A stretch of 36,468 nt of DNA from Actinomycetota bacterium (GCA_947373075.1 CANBWF010000001.1:1-36468), one strand, 5' to 3'; shown: positions 17,203 through 26,726, counted from the stretch's first letter. Notes: generated by a model not told the origin, from the sequence alone. Translations and numbers: made by a program.

Positions 17203-18141
17203 ATGACTACTGATGTAATCGCAAAACCTACTCCAAGTGCACCGCGTAGGGCAGTTAAGAAGCGTAAGCCGTATCGTGGAAAGCTTTGGTGGCGCTATTT
17301 AGCAGCAGCGTTCGCTGTTGCCTTCGCGCTTGCCCCAATTGTTTATGTAGTACTAGCTGCCTGTAACCCAGCTGGAACGTTATCTACCCTAAATTTCTCA
17401 GTTCATGATTTTGGTTTGGATAACTTCCGCTTCCTATTAGGAAAGCATGACCTGAGCGCCGAAGTAACTTACGAAAATTATCCGTACCTACTGTGGTACC
17501 GAAATTCATTGATGGTTTCTTCAATCGCTGCGATTATGCAGGTAACTATTGGAACAGCTTCGGCTTATGCGTTTAGTCGCATCCATTTCAAGGGACGTCG
17601 GTTAAGCCTCGGTGGGCTGTTACTACTTCAGATGTTCCCCCAGATTCTCTCATTTATTGCACTGTTCCTAATCATGCAGAAAATCGGCGCTGTATTCCCA
17701 TTCATGGGCACTGGAACATGGGCGGGCTTAGTGCTTATTTACTTGGGTGGCGCAATGGGTTACAACACCTATTTGCTCAAGGGTTTCTTCGACACGATTC
17801 CACGTGAACTAGATGAAGCAGCAACTGTTGATGGGGCTAGTGCGAATCAGATTTTCTTCAAAATCATTCTTCCGCTTGCCACGCCAATGCTCGCGGTTGT
17901 CATGCTGCTTGCGTTTATCGGCCTAATGAATGACTTCATTCTGGCCAGTATCTTCCTGACTAAGTCGGATCAGATGACATTGGCTGTGGGCTTGCGGTCC
18001 TTTATTTCAGGTCGCTACGAGTCAAGCTGGGGTGTTTTCGCGGCCGGAGCGTTGATGGCGGCCCTACCAGTTGTTATCTTGTTCCAGGTTTTGCAGCGTT
18101 ACATCGTTGAAGGTTTGTCAGCTGGCTCGGTTAAAGGTTAA
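17203..18141 (+). CDS. malG: MalG-type permease, cassette A
   Basis: 312 aa. GGGGA RBS. ELDEAATVDGASANQIFFKIILPLATP. C-terminal QRYIVEGLSAGSVKG. Confidence 0.9.
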   Translation: MTTDVIAKPTPSAPRRAVKKRKPYRGKLWWRYLAAAFAVAFALAPIVYVVLAACNPAGTLSTLNFSVHDFGLDNFRFLLGKHDLSAEVTYENYPYLLWYRNSLMVSSIAAIMQVTIGTASAYAFSRIHFKGRRLSLGGLLLLQMFPQILSFIALFLIMQKIGAVFPFMGTGTWAGLVLIYLGGAMGYNTYLLKGFFDTIPRELDEAATVDGASANQIFFKIILPLATPMLAVVMLLAFIGLMNDFILASIFLTKSDQMTLAVGLRSFISGRYESSWGVFAAGALMAALPVVILFQVLQRYIVEGLSAGSVKG

Positions 18142-18202
18142 TTCGGCCAATTATTACGAAAAATTTATGTTCTAATCAAAGGAAATAGGGAAGAGTACTG
18201 AA

Positions 18203-21127
18203 ATGAAAAAGCACAATAAGAACTGGCGATTTACTCGGGTAGCTACCTTTGCAGCGTTGCTCTTTGCTGCTGTAGGCATGTATGGCTTTGCGCCAGCTTC
18301 CGCAAAAACAAGCAGCACCATAACGATTCACTACAACCGACCTGACGGGGTTTACACAGATTGGAACATGTGGATTTGGTTCCCGGGCTCTTCATCAGCA
18401 GAGCAGGCGACCCACGGTCTAGCTGATAGTCGTAATCTGTTCACTGGTTCGGATTCTTATGGCAGGGTGCTTACGCTAAACCTGACCGACATGGAAACGA
18501 TCAAGAAGATTGGTTTCATCGTTCGTAAAGATGACTGGACAAAAGATATTGGCTCCGACCGATTCATAACTAGTTTTGACGGCTCGGGTAATGCTGAGAT
18601 TTGGATTCGATCAAACATCGAAAAGGTCTACACCGGTGTGCCATGTTTGTGTGCTGAAATCTACAGCGCAACACAAGATGACTACCGCACCATCAATGTG
18701 ACACTTAGTGAGCCATTTAGTGGCGCGACCAATGGAACTGGCGCCCAGGGTTGGACTGTTTCAGGTGGACTTAACGTTGTTTCAGCTGTTGCAACTGGCG
18801 GAAAGAATCCACGAAATACTCGCGCACTGACTTTGACACTTGATGCCGACATGGATTTGAGTGCCCAATACACGATTAATAACACTCGAACTTTTACGGT
18901 GACTAAGAAGGCGGTTGCGAACAATGTCGCAACAATTACTACTTCAACAGATTCAGGCGTAACTGTTGGCGAAACCCTTCGGATCAGTGATGTCGGCTCA
19001 CCATTTAATGGAGTACAAAAAGTAACTGCAGCCACAACCGTTTCGCCATTTACCTTCTCGTTTGCAGTTACCAACGCAAATGTACCTGCAGCCTCTGCAT
19101 CAGGGTCTGTTGAAACTGGTTTTGGTAGTGCTCCAGTTGTGATTGGCAATATCTTCGCATCACAGAAGTTTGCCGATCAATTCACTTACACCGGAAACGA
19201 CTTAGGTAATACCTACACGCAAGCTAAAACAGACTTCCGAGTATGGGCACCAACCGCTTCTGCGGTTTCGCTCCTAACATTTGGAAACTCTTGGGCTGAA
19301 GGTGGCGCACCAGTTGATCCGACCACTCTGCCTGAAGCCACAGTGAAGCCGATGACTCCAAGTGTTAATGGAACATGGACGACTTCACTATCCGGCGACC
19401 AGCATGGAACTATCTATCAGTATCAGGTTTCCGTCGGCGGTGAAGTCCACAACACTATTGATCCGTATGCACGAGCATCTCTGGCTAACGGAACCAAGGG
19501 TGTGGTTGTAGATCTGGCTAAGACCAACCCAACAGTTTGGACCGCTTCCAAACCAGCCTTTACTGGACGGGCAGTTGATGCATCAGTTTATGAAATACAT
19601 GTTCGTGATTTGTCAGTTGATGCTCACAGTGGGATTCCAGCCAATCACAAAGGCAAGTATTTGGCCTTTGCTGACCTAAACACGAAATACTCGAAAAAGG
19701 TTGGCAAGAAGACCCTCACCACCAAGACTGGTCTTAGCGCAATCAAGGAACTTGGCATTACTCACATAGAGTTGCAGCCAATTTATGACTTCACTTCGGT
19801 TGATGAGACTGGAACTGGGAACCCATTCAACTGGGGCTATGACCCACAAAATTACAATATCCCTGAGGGTTCTTACTCCACTAATGCCAATGATCCGATC
19901 TCGCGCATTAAAGAGTTGAAAACTGCAGTTCAAGCAATGCACGCAAATGGATTGCGCGTGAACATGGACGTTGTTTACTCACATGTGGGAAGTGCAACCG
20001 ACTACAGTTATCAGCAGATTGTTCCTGGCTACTTCTACCGCACTGAACCTTCCGGCGCTTTGGCAAACGGAAGTGGTTGCGGCAATGAAATTGCCTCTGA
20101 ACGTCCGATGGCTCGTAAATTTATGGTTGATTCATTCAAGTATTGGGCTACGGAATATCACATGGACGGTTTCCGCCTAGATCAAATGGGGCTTCTTGAC
20201 ATCCCAACGGCGCAGGCTATTCGCACTGCTATAGACACAGTTGATCCGACAATAATCACCTTTGGTGAAGGTTGGAATATCGGAGATGTATTAGCTGCAA
20301 ATAATCGAGCTAATCAGCCGAACTTGGCTCAGATTCCAGGTTTTGGTGTGTTCAACGACCAGATTCGCGATGGCGTAAAGGGATCTACCGGAAACGCTAC
20401 TGGCCCTGGTTGGATCTCCGGCGCAACCTACTTGAACCAAGATGTAATCGCAGGTATCACTGGAAACACCAATTACAGCAATTCGGTTTATCCAAACTTC
20501 ACTACTGTGAACCCTGGTCAGTCAGTTAACTATGTAGAGTCACATGACAACCTGACTCTGTACGACAAGCTGCAGGCAAGTGTTCGCGGAGCTACTCCAG
20601 CGAAGAAGGCTACTTTTGTACAGATGGCTGGTGCAATCACGATTCTTGCCCAAGGCATGCCATTCCAGCAGGCTGGTCAGGAATTCATGCGCAGCAAGGG
20701 TGGTAACGGCAACAGCTACAACGCAACTGACGCAGTGAACTCACTCAAGTGGTCTGAACGTATAACAAATGCGACAACTACTTCCTACTACTCAGGGCTG
20801 TATGCAATTCGTAAAGCGCATCCGGCTTTCCGTATGTGGACTACTGCGCAGGTGAAGAAGAATCTAAAATTCATCAACACTGGTATGGATGACGTGATCG
20901 CATATTCGCTCAATGGAAAAGCTATGGGCGATAGTTGGAAGTCGATCGTTGTTGTGCATAACACCGAGACGATTCCGACTCAGGTAAGTTTGCCATCGAC
21001 TGGAGATTGGAAGATTTATGTTTCCGGTTCTTCCGCAACGGCTAACTCAGCGAAGCCACTCAAGACACTTAAGCGTGCCTACAACGTGACTGTGCCAGCA
21101 CTTACCACGGTGGTTATCGCTAAGTAA
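18203..21127 (+). CDS. pulA: Secreted type I pullulanase (GH13) with an N-terminal CBM41-like module
   Basis: Signal peptide ends in APASA/KT. PUD signature ITIHYNRPDGVYTDWNMWIW. Pullulanase motif FNWGYDPQNYNIPEGSYS. GH13 regions MDVVYSHVG, DGFRLDQMG, FGEGWN, YVESHDNLTLYD. Confidence 0.9.
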   Translation: MKKHNKNWRFTRVATFAALLFAAVGMYGFAPASAKTSSTITIHYNRPDGVYTDWNMWIWFPGSSSAEQATHGLADSRNLFTGSDSYGRVLTLNLTDMETIKKIGFIVRKDDWTKDIGSDRFITSFDGSGNAEIWIRSNIEKVYTGVPCLCAEIYSATQDDYRTINVTLSEPFSGATNGTGAQGWTVSGGLNVVSAVATGGKNPRNTRALTLTLDADMDLSAQYTINNTRTFTVTKKAVANNVATITTSTDSGVTVGETLRISDVGSPFNGVQKVTAATTVSPFTFSFAVTNANVPAASASGSVETGFGSAPVVIGNIFASQKFADQFTYTGNDLGNTYTQAKTDFRVWAPTASAVSLLTFGNSWAEGGAPVDPTTLPEATVKPMTPSVNGTWTTSLSGDQHGTIYQYQVSVGGEVHNTIDPYARASLANGTKGVVVDLAKTNPTVWTASKPAFTGRAVDASVYEIHVRDLSVDAHSGIPANHKGKYLAFADLNTKYSKKVGKKTLTTKTGLSAIKELGITHIELQPIYDFTSVDETGTGNPFNWGYDPQNYNIPEGSYSTNANDPISRIKELKTAVQAMHANGLRVNMDVVYSHVGSATDYSYQQIVPGYFYRTEPSGALANGSGCGNEIASERPMARKFMVDSFKYWATEYHMDGFRLDQMGLLDIPTAQAIRTAIDTVDPTIITFGEGWNIGDVLAANNRANQPNLAQIPGFGVFNDQIRDGVKGSTGNATGPGWISGATYLNQDVIAGITGNTNYSNSVYPNFTTVNPGQSVNYVESHDNLTLYDKLQASVRGATPAKKATFVQMAGAITILAQGMPFQQAGQEFMRSKGGNGNSYNATDAVNSLKWSERITNATTTSYYSGLYAIRKAHPAFRMWTTAQVKKNLKFINTGMDDVIAYSLNGKAMGDSWKSIVVVHNTETIPTQVSLPSTGDWKIYVSGSSATANSAKPLKTLKRAYNVTVPALTTVVIAK

Positions 21128-21142
21128 CCAGCAAAAAGATTT

Positions 21143-21186
21143 GGGGATGCCAGCGACTGTGCGGTTGCTAGCATCCCCTTCTTTTT
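21143..21186 (+). terminator. Rho-independent terminator after pulA
   Basis: ggggatgc (21143-21150) pairs with gcatcccc (21171-21178), and additional pairing (cagc/gcta) is possible. The stem is followed directly by ttcttttt (21179-21186). Confidence 0.75.
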
Positions 21187-21259
21187 AAGGTTTTATCTAC
21201 AGTTACTGCTTAAGGTGGGGGAGCCACTAAACTTTTCTAGCGCCACCTTGTGGTGACAA

Positions 21260-21331
21260 GCCGCCTTAGCTCAGGGGTAGAGCAACGCACTCGTAATGCG
21301 TAGGTCGTGAGTTCAATTCTCACAGGCGGCC
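21260..21331 (+). tRNA. tRNA-Thr (anticodon CGU)
   Basis: I folded the cloverleaf by hand. Acceptor GCCGCCT/AGGCGGC. D arm GCTC-AGGGGTA-GAGC. Anticodon arm ACGCA-CTCGTAA-TGCGT (anticodon CGT). Variable loop AGGTC. T arm GTGAG-TTCAATT-CTCAC. Discriminator C. CCA is not encoded. Confidence 0.9.
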
Positions 21332-21335
21332 CTGA

Positions 21336-21550
21336 GAAATGCTTTTGCATTTCGCAGGATCGCACACAGGATTTGGGAGGAGCGAAGCGACGGCTCCCCG
21401 AGGCGGCCCGCAGAATTGCTTTTGCAATTCGGTGGGACGCTCCATGGATTTGGGAGCCGAATGCAGATTCGTGAAGCCAGACGCCTGGCCGCGTTCGGAA
21501 GTAGCCTGCTCAAGTAAGCAGTGTTCGACGGTTCCCCGAGGTGGCTCCCA
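21336..21550. other. GC-rich, internally repeated, hairpin-rich segment directly 3' of the tRNA (candidate structured RNA or decayed repeat element)
   Basis: Two modules lie 77 nt apart: gaaatgc-tttt-gcatttc...ggatttgggag at 21336-21379, and gaattgc-tttt-gcaattc...ggatttgggag at 21413-21456. A repeat CGACGG(C/T)TCCCCGAGG(C/T)GGC occurs at 21388 and 21526. An 8-bp long-range pairing joins tgggagcc (21451-58) and ggctccca (21543-50). The 60-nt line 21361-21420 has 40 G+C by my count, clearly richer than the flanks. Confidence 0.3.
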
Positions 21551-21863
21551 CCAGATTTAGCAGTTAAGTCACCGTCTGTGCGAGCAGGAAGTATGACTGT
21601 TAAATCCATTGGATTTACCTGGGTTGTTCGTTTGTAACTGCGCCGAAAATAACTTTTCCGTTATTCGCATTTCTAATCATTAGATTAAGAAATGCTTGCG
21701 CTTTTCTAAAATAATGTGGTTGGTTCTTTGAACCAGGGTGGCGATTTAGTAGTTCTCTCAATTAGCATCTTGGCAATATTTTGCTCGCTATAGGATTACT
21801 TGTTGAGTCGAATTTTTAGCATTGCTTTTTCGCATTAACAAATTTCTTGCTACACTCAACAAC

Positions 21864-22370
21864 ATGGTTCACTCATTAGACCGACCGCAAGGAGACCCAA
21901 GCAAACCGCGAAATGCTGAGCTTGGCCTCATGCCGAAGTCGTTGCTTTCCTTGTTTGCGGTGCCTACCCTTGCTCGATTGACAAATTTCTTCCCACGGTG
22001 GCTTGACTCCAGAATTGACAGTGATAGTGGTTTCACTGGACCTCGAGTGATGGTGATGTGGTTACTTTCTCGTTGGCACGAACCCACAATGGGTCAGGTG
22101 GCTGAGATGTTGGACCTAACTCCTCGTGCAATTACTCGGCTAACTGATGGTTTAGAGACTGAAGGATACGTTGAACGAATAGAGAATGCAGATGACGGAC
22201 GGGTGTATAACATTTGCCTAACGCCAAAGGGTGAACGGGCAATTAAAGTTATTGAATCGCAGTTAACGCCCGAATTTGTTTCCCTTTTTTCTTGCCTTAC
22301 CGCACAGGAAATTAGAGCATTTATCAAGACTGCTGAAAAGTTAACTGATCACATGAAAGCGCTGCATTAA
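21864..22370 (+). CDS. MarR-family winged-helix transcriptional regulator
   Basis: MGQVAEMLDLTPRAITRLTDGLETEGYVERIENADDGRVYNICLTPKGERAI is a typical MarR wHTH. The tracked ORF starts at TTG 21822. I prefer the in-frame ATG at 21864, but the start is uncertain. Confidence 0.75.
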   Translation: MVHSLDRPQGDPSKPRNAELGLMPKSLLSLFAVPTLARLTNFFPRWLDSRIDSDSGFTGPRVMVMWLLSRWHEPTMGQVAEMLDLTPRAITRLTDGLETEGYVERIENADDGRVYNICLTPKGERAIKVIESQLTPEFVSLFSCLTAQEIRAFIKTAEKLTDHMKALH

Positions 22371-22424
22371 GGCACGCTTGTTTTAACTCCTACCTCTTCT
22401 GGGATTGAAGAAGTCGGTATTTAA

Positions 22425-22448
22425 GTAACTTCACAAGTGTGAACTTAC
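22425..22448. promoter_or_regulatory. Imperfect 10+10 inverted repeat between the MarR gene and the SGNH hydrolase gene
   Basis: gtaacttcac (22425-22434), spacer aagt, gtgaacttac (22439-22448). There is one central mismatch per arm. It could be an operator or an RNA hairpin. Confidence 0.3.
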
Positions 22449-22552
22449 GGCTTTGCATGGAAACCAAATTTGTTGGTGGTATGTTGATGGAAAATTACGC
22501 TTCAATGCTAGATGTCGAAGCCTTGATTTTATCCAGTCTTAGGAGCATGTAA

Positions 22553-23701
22553 ATGAACCCAGAGTTAGCAGTACTTATCAGAGAATCTCTTCATGGTGTG
22601 GCGGAAATCGAGCTTGGTTCGCATGGATTAAAATTTTCGCGCCTGGCAAAAAAATTTGCAGTCTTTCATGACCATGATCAATTGACTGCAAAAGTTGCAG
22701 CTCAAGGCTCCGGATCTCGGATTGCCCTGATGACATCCGCTAGTGAAGTAACTCTGACATATCGGTCGACTCGAGACATGACAAAAGATTTGTCATTCAT
22801 TGGAAAGCCAAGTGTGGTGACCCTTACATGTGGCGAGTACAGCGAATCTATTCACCACGACAATGGAGATATGCGCGTCTGGAACGGGGCTGAGCTTGTA
22901 GAAATTACCGTCGGTGATAATTCGCAGGCTACGTTCAACATCCCTCATCTGCACGAAGCTGGAGAAATAGTCGACCAGCTTATAGAGATATGGCTACCGC
23001 ACAACTGCAACATAGAAATTGTCGACTTGTTTGCAGATGCGCCTCTCAGGCCTGCCGTGATTACAAGCCCTAGGTGGGTTCATTACGGATCCTCAATAAG
23101 TCATTGCGTCGAAGCTGATGAACCAACTGGGGTCTGGCCGGTGGCCGTTGCGCGCGAACTTAATCTTGATTTGTTTAATCTAGGGCTTGCAGGTTCTGCA
23201 AATCTCGAACTATTTGCTGCTCACGCAATTCGTGAACTTCAACCTGCGATTGTGACATTAAAAGTTGGAATAAACACTGTGAATGGCCGCCATTTAACTC
23301 GGCGAACTTTTATTCCGGCTGTTCATTCTTTTTTGGACAACATCAGAGAATATCATCCAAAAATTCCGATAGTCATTGTCTCGCCCATAATCTGTCCTGG
23401 GCATGAAAGTCTCCCTGGACCTACTCGTGTTGATTTGAATGGCAAAGTAATTGGCTCTGAGCCTTGTGACCTTGAATGGGTTGAAGATCTAACTTTGGTT
23501 GAAATTCGCCAAATCTTGTTGCAAGTTATTAATCGCCGCGATGATGACAATCTTTTTTACCTAGATGGATTGGAACTTTTTGGACTTGATGACATTGAGT
23601 TGTTGCCAGACGGGCTTCACCCTAATTCAGAAGGTTACCGAATAATCGGCCAGAGGTTCATACATCTTCTTTCGCCATTAGTTGACTCAATGAACCTGTG
23701 A
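22553..23701 (+). CDS. SGNH/GDSL-type hydrolase (putative carbohydrate esterase) with an N-terminal beta-rich domain
   Basis: Block I-like HYGSSISHC, block II-like LGLAGSANLE, block V DGLHPNSEGY. No signal peptide. GGAGCA RBS upstream. Confidence 0.65.
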   Translation: MNPELAVLIRESLHGVAEIELGSHGLKFSRLAKKFAVFHDHDQLTAKVAAQGSGSRIALMTSASEVTLTYRSTRDMTKDLSFIGKPSVVTLTCGEYSESIHHDNGDMRVWNGAELVEITVGDNSQATFNIPHLHEAGEIVDQLIEIWLPHNCNIEIVDLFADAPLRPAVITSPRWVHYGSSISHCVEADEPTGVWPVAVARELNLDLFNLGLAGSANLELFAAHAIRELQPAIVTLKVGINTVNGRHLTRRTFIPAVHSFLDNIREYHPKIPIVIVSPIICPGHESLPGPTRVDLNGKVIGSEPCDLEWVEDLTLVEIRQILLQVINRRDDDNLFYLDGLELFGLDDIELLPDGLHPNSEGYRIIGQRFIHLLSPLVDSMNL

Positions 23702-23862
23702 GTGAACGCCCTAAAGTCGCTGTATGTCCTACTTTAAGACCGATATAAGCCAGCGCTGTAGTTGGCGCCTGGTCTAGGGCCTGGGCTGTAACACAAGCCC
23801 TGTCGTAACTTGAACAACCACGGAAAGTCAGTATTAATAAGGCTTTTTGCTACCAATATGAC

Positions 23863-23938
23863 AATTGGTTACCACGGTAACGAAACATAATAATTTGTTA
23901 CCGTGGTAACCAATTATAACAATTTGTTACCACGGTAA
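23863..23938. promoter_or_regulatory. Three copies of the palindrome GTTACC-NN-GGTAAC at exact 29-bp spacing (operator candidates)
   Basis: gttaccacggtaac 23868-23881, gttaccgtggtaac 23897-23910, gttaccacggtaa 23926-23938. AATT(G/T) flanks extend the middle copy to a 24-nt palindrome with 10 of 12 symmetric pairs (23892-23915). The array lies about 120-190 nt upstream of the 24058 start. Confidence 0.55.
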
Positions 23939-24057
23939 AAAAATCTCCTGATTCGCTGTAAACGAGACGATGAGCGTGTTAATGTGGCTCGAGAATAGGA
24001 CATATTCATTCTGAACATGGGTCCTATCCACCAAATGTAAGGAAGGAAATCACTAGC

Positions 24058-26508
24058 ATGAAAACATCATCAACCTCGATGCACAAAATTTTTGCATCAG
24101 TCGTAACCTTGCTTCTGGCAGTCGGTGCTGCGTCGGGGGTTATTGCTCCCGCTCAGGCCACTTCCGCAAGCCAAACGGTTATCGTTCACTACCAAGACCC
24201 AGCAGCTACCGGATTCGATAGCTACAAGGATTGGGCTCTTTATGTTTATGGCCCTGCTTCGTATGGTTGGGGCAAGACGGAATACTTCAACGGCTCCGAC
24301 ACCTTCGGTAAAGTTTGGACTCAGACATTTGATGCATCTGAGACAAGTGTTACGGTCATCGTGAAAGACAGTGCTTGGCGCGCTAAGGGCTGTGCAAATT
24401 GCATCGGTATGGGTGGGGCAGATCGCCCGATTACTCTCGATGCAAGCGGTACCACCGAGGTTTGGGTTGTAGCTGGTTCTGATTCCACTTACACAACAAC
24501 AGCTCCGGCTGGTGCAGCAACGGCACCATGGGCAGCGAATGCGGTAGACCCGTACTTCACCTGTGATGGCAACAATGTTTGTACCCCTATTCCGACAATG
24601 CCTAGCACTCAAAAATTGATTGTTCACTACAACGACCCAGCAGCAACTAGTTTCAAGTCATACCGCGGTTGGGATGTTTACACCTACGGATCTGGCAATG
24701 CGAACTTCAACGATGGGCATTGGTTCAATGGCTCCGATGATTTCGGCAAGGTTCTCACAGCCGATTTGACGAATACTGAAACGGTCTTAAACCTCAGCCT
24801 GATCATTCGTAAGACTGACTGGTCTGCAAGCGCTACTTGTGATGCTTGCGGCGGTATGGGAAAATCAGATCGCACGATTGATTTAGATGCCGATGGCACG
24901 ACTGAGATCTGGATTACGCGTGGCAGCAATGATGGGCTATATGCTACATCTAAGCCAGCATCATTCACAGCGTCTAGTTGGGCTGCGAACGCAACTGATC
25001 CTTACTACTCATGCTCTTCTGATTCGACTCCTGTATGTACCCTGAACCCTGCCTTCCCGGCAACTCAGAAATTCATTATTCACTACAACCGTCCAGGAAA
25101 TGATTACGCAGGATGGAATATGTGGATGTGGGGATTCCCTGACGGTGCACAGAATGGCCAGCGCTACTTCACCGGTGAAGATAGCTACGGCAAGATCACC
25201 ACAATAAATTACTCAGGTAATGCAGGAACAGTCAGCGGTATGAGCTTCCTCATGCGTAGTACCGAAGATTGGAGCAATGCATCGGTCGACCTGAATGGCG
25301 TTGCTATCGCTGGCCTTGAGAGTGCTGAAGGCGCAACTGGTACGACAGAAGTATGGTTCAAGCAGGGAGATAGCACTGTTTACACTGCTAATCCATTCAA
25401 GACCCCAACTGTCACTGCTGTATCTGCCACTACTGGTGGACCAGGTGCTGCAATCACAATCACTGGTACCAACTTTGACGATGTGAACAAGGTGACTTTG
25501 GAACGCGCAGCTGTGCCTGCCGTAACTGCTTCACCTGCATCAACGACGTACTCTGGTCCAAATAAAACTGGAACAAAGACGATTCACGCAGCTATTAAAG
25601 CAGTAGCAGCAGTATCAGCAGCAACCGTTAATGCATCATTCAAGGTTGTTTCTTCAACTAAGATTGTTGCAGCGATGCCAGCTGGTGTTGCTGCAGTGAC
25701 TGGAAAGGTAACTGTAGCGAACCCGACATTCTCGGGTAAGTCATCAGCTAACTTCACTTCAAAGACAGCTGCAGCTAAGCCACTCATCGCAACATCGACG
25801 GCCAATGGGCTTGTTGGTGGAGTTGTGACTGTTACAGGCGCGAATGTCGGCGCTGCAACTTCAGCCAAGATTGGCACACTTGATGTTGGCTCAATCACTG
25901 TATTAGCCGCAGATTCAATCTCATTCGTAGTACCTGCTGGTACTTCTGATGGAAAGATTTCTGTGACAACTGCTGGTGGTACAAAAGTAGCTACTAAAGC
26001 ATTTGCTCTAGTCCCATCAATCACATCGCTGTCTAAGACTTCAGTCGCTATCGGCGGAAGTGTGACAGTGACTGGTGTGAATTTGGCTGCTGTTTCTTCA
26101 GTCAAGATTGGTACCAAGGCTGTTACTGGTTTCACCAAGGGTGCAACCACAGTAACCTTCACGGTTCCTGCAGCAACTGCTTCAGGCAAGGTAACACTTG
26201 TATCAGCAGGTGGCACTGTAATCAGTGTTGACACTTTGTCGATCATTCCTGCTCCAACAGTAACCGGTCTAACTGGTGCTAAGACAGGAACTAAATTCAA
26301 CAAGGGCGCAACCCTGACGATTGCTGGTAGCAATCTAACTGGTGCAACAGCCGTGCGAATTGGTGCGAATTCAATCACCGGCTATGTAGTGGCTAATGAT
26401 GGCAAATCCATCACATTCACTGCACCGACAAACAAGACTGGCAAGATCAGCGTTGAGACCCCTGGTGGTACCGCTATTTCGTCAGCTACTTACACGACTA
26501 CTAGCTAG
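24058..26508 (+). CDS. Secreted 816-aa non-catalytic surface protein with three PUD/CBM41-like modules and four IPT/TIG-like repeats (cassette B)
   Basis: GGAAGGAA RBS. Signal peptide ends in IAPAQA/TS. Module starts VIVHYQDPAATGFDSYKDWALYVY, LIVHYNDPAATSFKSYRGWDVYTY and FIIHYNRPGNDYAGWNMWMWG. The C-terminal IPT repeats are nearly colinear with 10194-12641, and both proteins end in SSAT(I/Y)TTTS. Confidence 0.85.
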   Translation: MKTSSTSMHKIFASVVTLLLAVGAASGVIAPAQATSASQTVIVHYQDPAATGFDSYKDWALYVYGPASYGWGKTEYFNGSDTFGKVWTQTFDASETSVTVIVKDSAWRAKGCANCIGMGGADRPITLDASGTTEVWVVAGSDSTYTTTAPAGAATAPWAANAVDPYFTCDGNNVCTPIPTMPSTQKLIVHYNDPAATSFKSYRGWDVYTYGSGNANFNDGHWFNGSDDFGKVLTADLTNTETVLNLSLIIRKTDWSASATCDACGGMGKSDRTIDLDADGTTEIWITRGSNDGLYATSKPASFTASSWAANATDPYYSCSSDSTPVCTLNPAFPATQKFIIHYNRPGNDYAGWNMWMWGFPDGAQNGQRYFTGEDSYGKITTINYSGNAGTVSGMSFLMRSTEDWSNASVDLNGVAIAGLESAEGATGTTEVWFKQGDSTVYTANPFKTPTVTAVSATTGGPGAAITITGTNFDDVNKVTLERAAVPAVTASPASTTYSGPNKTGTKTIHAAIKAVAAVSAATVNASFKVVSSTKIVAAMPAGVAAVTGKVTVANPTFSGKSSANFTSKTAAAKPLIATSTANGLVGGVVTVTGANVGAATSAKIGTLDVGSITVLAADSISFVVPAGTSDGKISVTTAGGTKVATKAFALVPSITSLSKTSVAIGGSVTVTGVNLAAVSSVKIGTKAVTGFTKGATTVTFTVPAATASGKVTLVSAGGTVISVDTLSIIPAPTVTGLTGAKTGTKFNKGATLTIAGSNLTGATAVRIGANSITGYVVANDGKSITFTAPTNKTGKISVETPGGTAISSATYTTTS

Positions 26509-26529
26509 TCTGGTAGTCGCATAGGCACG

Positions 26530-26580
26530 GTATCTAGAGTTGGGGCGAGCAATGCTTCCGCAAGCCCGAACTCTAGATAC
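26530..26580 (+). terminator. 17-bp hairpin (one mismatch) after the cassette B surface-protein gene
   Basis: gtatctagagttggggc (26530-26546) pairs with gcccgaactctagatac (26564-26580). No clear U-tract follows. Its position matches 12674-12705. Confidence 0.4.
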
Positions 26581-26726
26581 TGTGCTGTCGGCTCATAGTT
26601 TGGTCTGCTGGGCCGCAGAGAAAGAAAGGACCAGTCCCCGGATCGAATGGGTAAGTGCCAGCTCTGGGGAGGGTAAGTGGAATAGAGTTTTTTCGGGTCA
26701 ATATTCTAAGGAAGTCAGGGTTTATC

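Noticed and set aside
21332-21560. Assigning the GC-rich structured segment to a known RNA family (tmRNA, RNase P, SRP/4.5S, 6C, ydaO c-di-AMP or ZTP riboswitch)
   Set aside because: I could not find the conserved core strings of these families as I remember them. Only loose resemblances exist (for example cgcctggcc against the ZTP CCGCCUGGGC). I left the segment unassigned pending a covariance-model search.
21313-21609. ORFs of 98 aa (-) and 73 aa (+) across the GC-rich segment after the tRNA
   Set aside because: The minus-strand ORF overlaps the tRNA 3' end. Both ORFs mirror the DNA-level repeats (HLGEPS/RLGEPS and APRGGP/VPRGGS). They have no RBS and an odd composition. Open frames on both strands are expected from the local GC richness. 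I treated the region as non-coding.
21260-24057. Possible genomic island integrated at tRNA-Thr
   Set aside because: I found no integrase, recombinase or transposase gene, and no direct repeat of the tRNA 3' end downstream. The genes that follow are paralogs of the upstream cassette rather than foreign-looking cargo.
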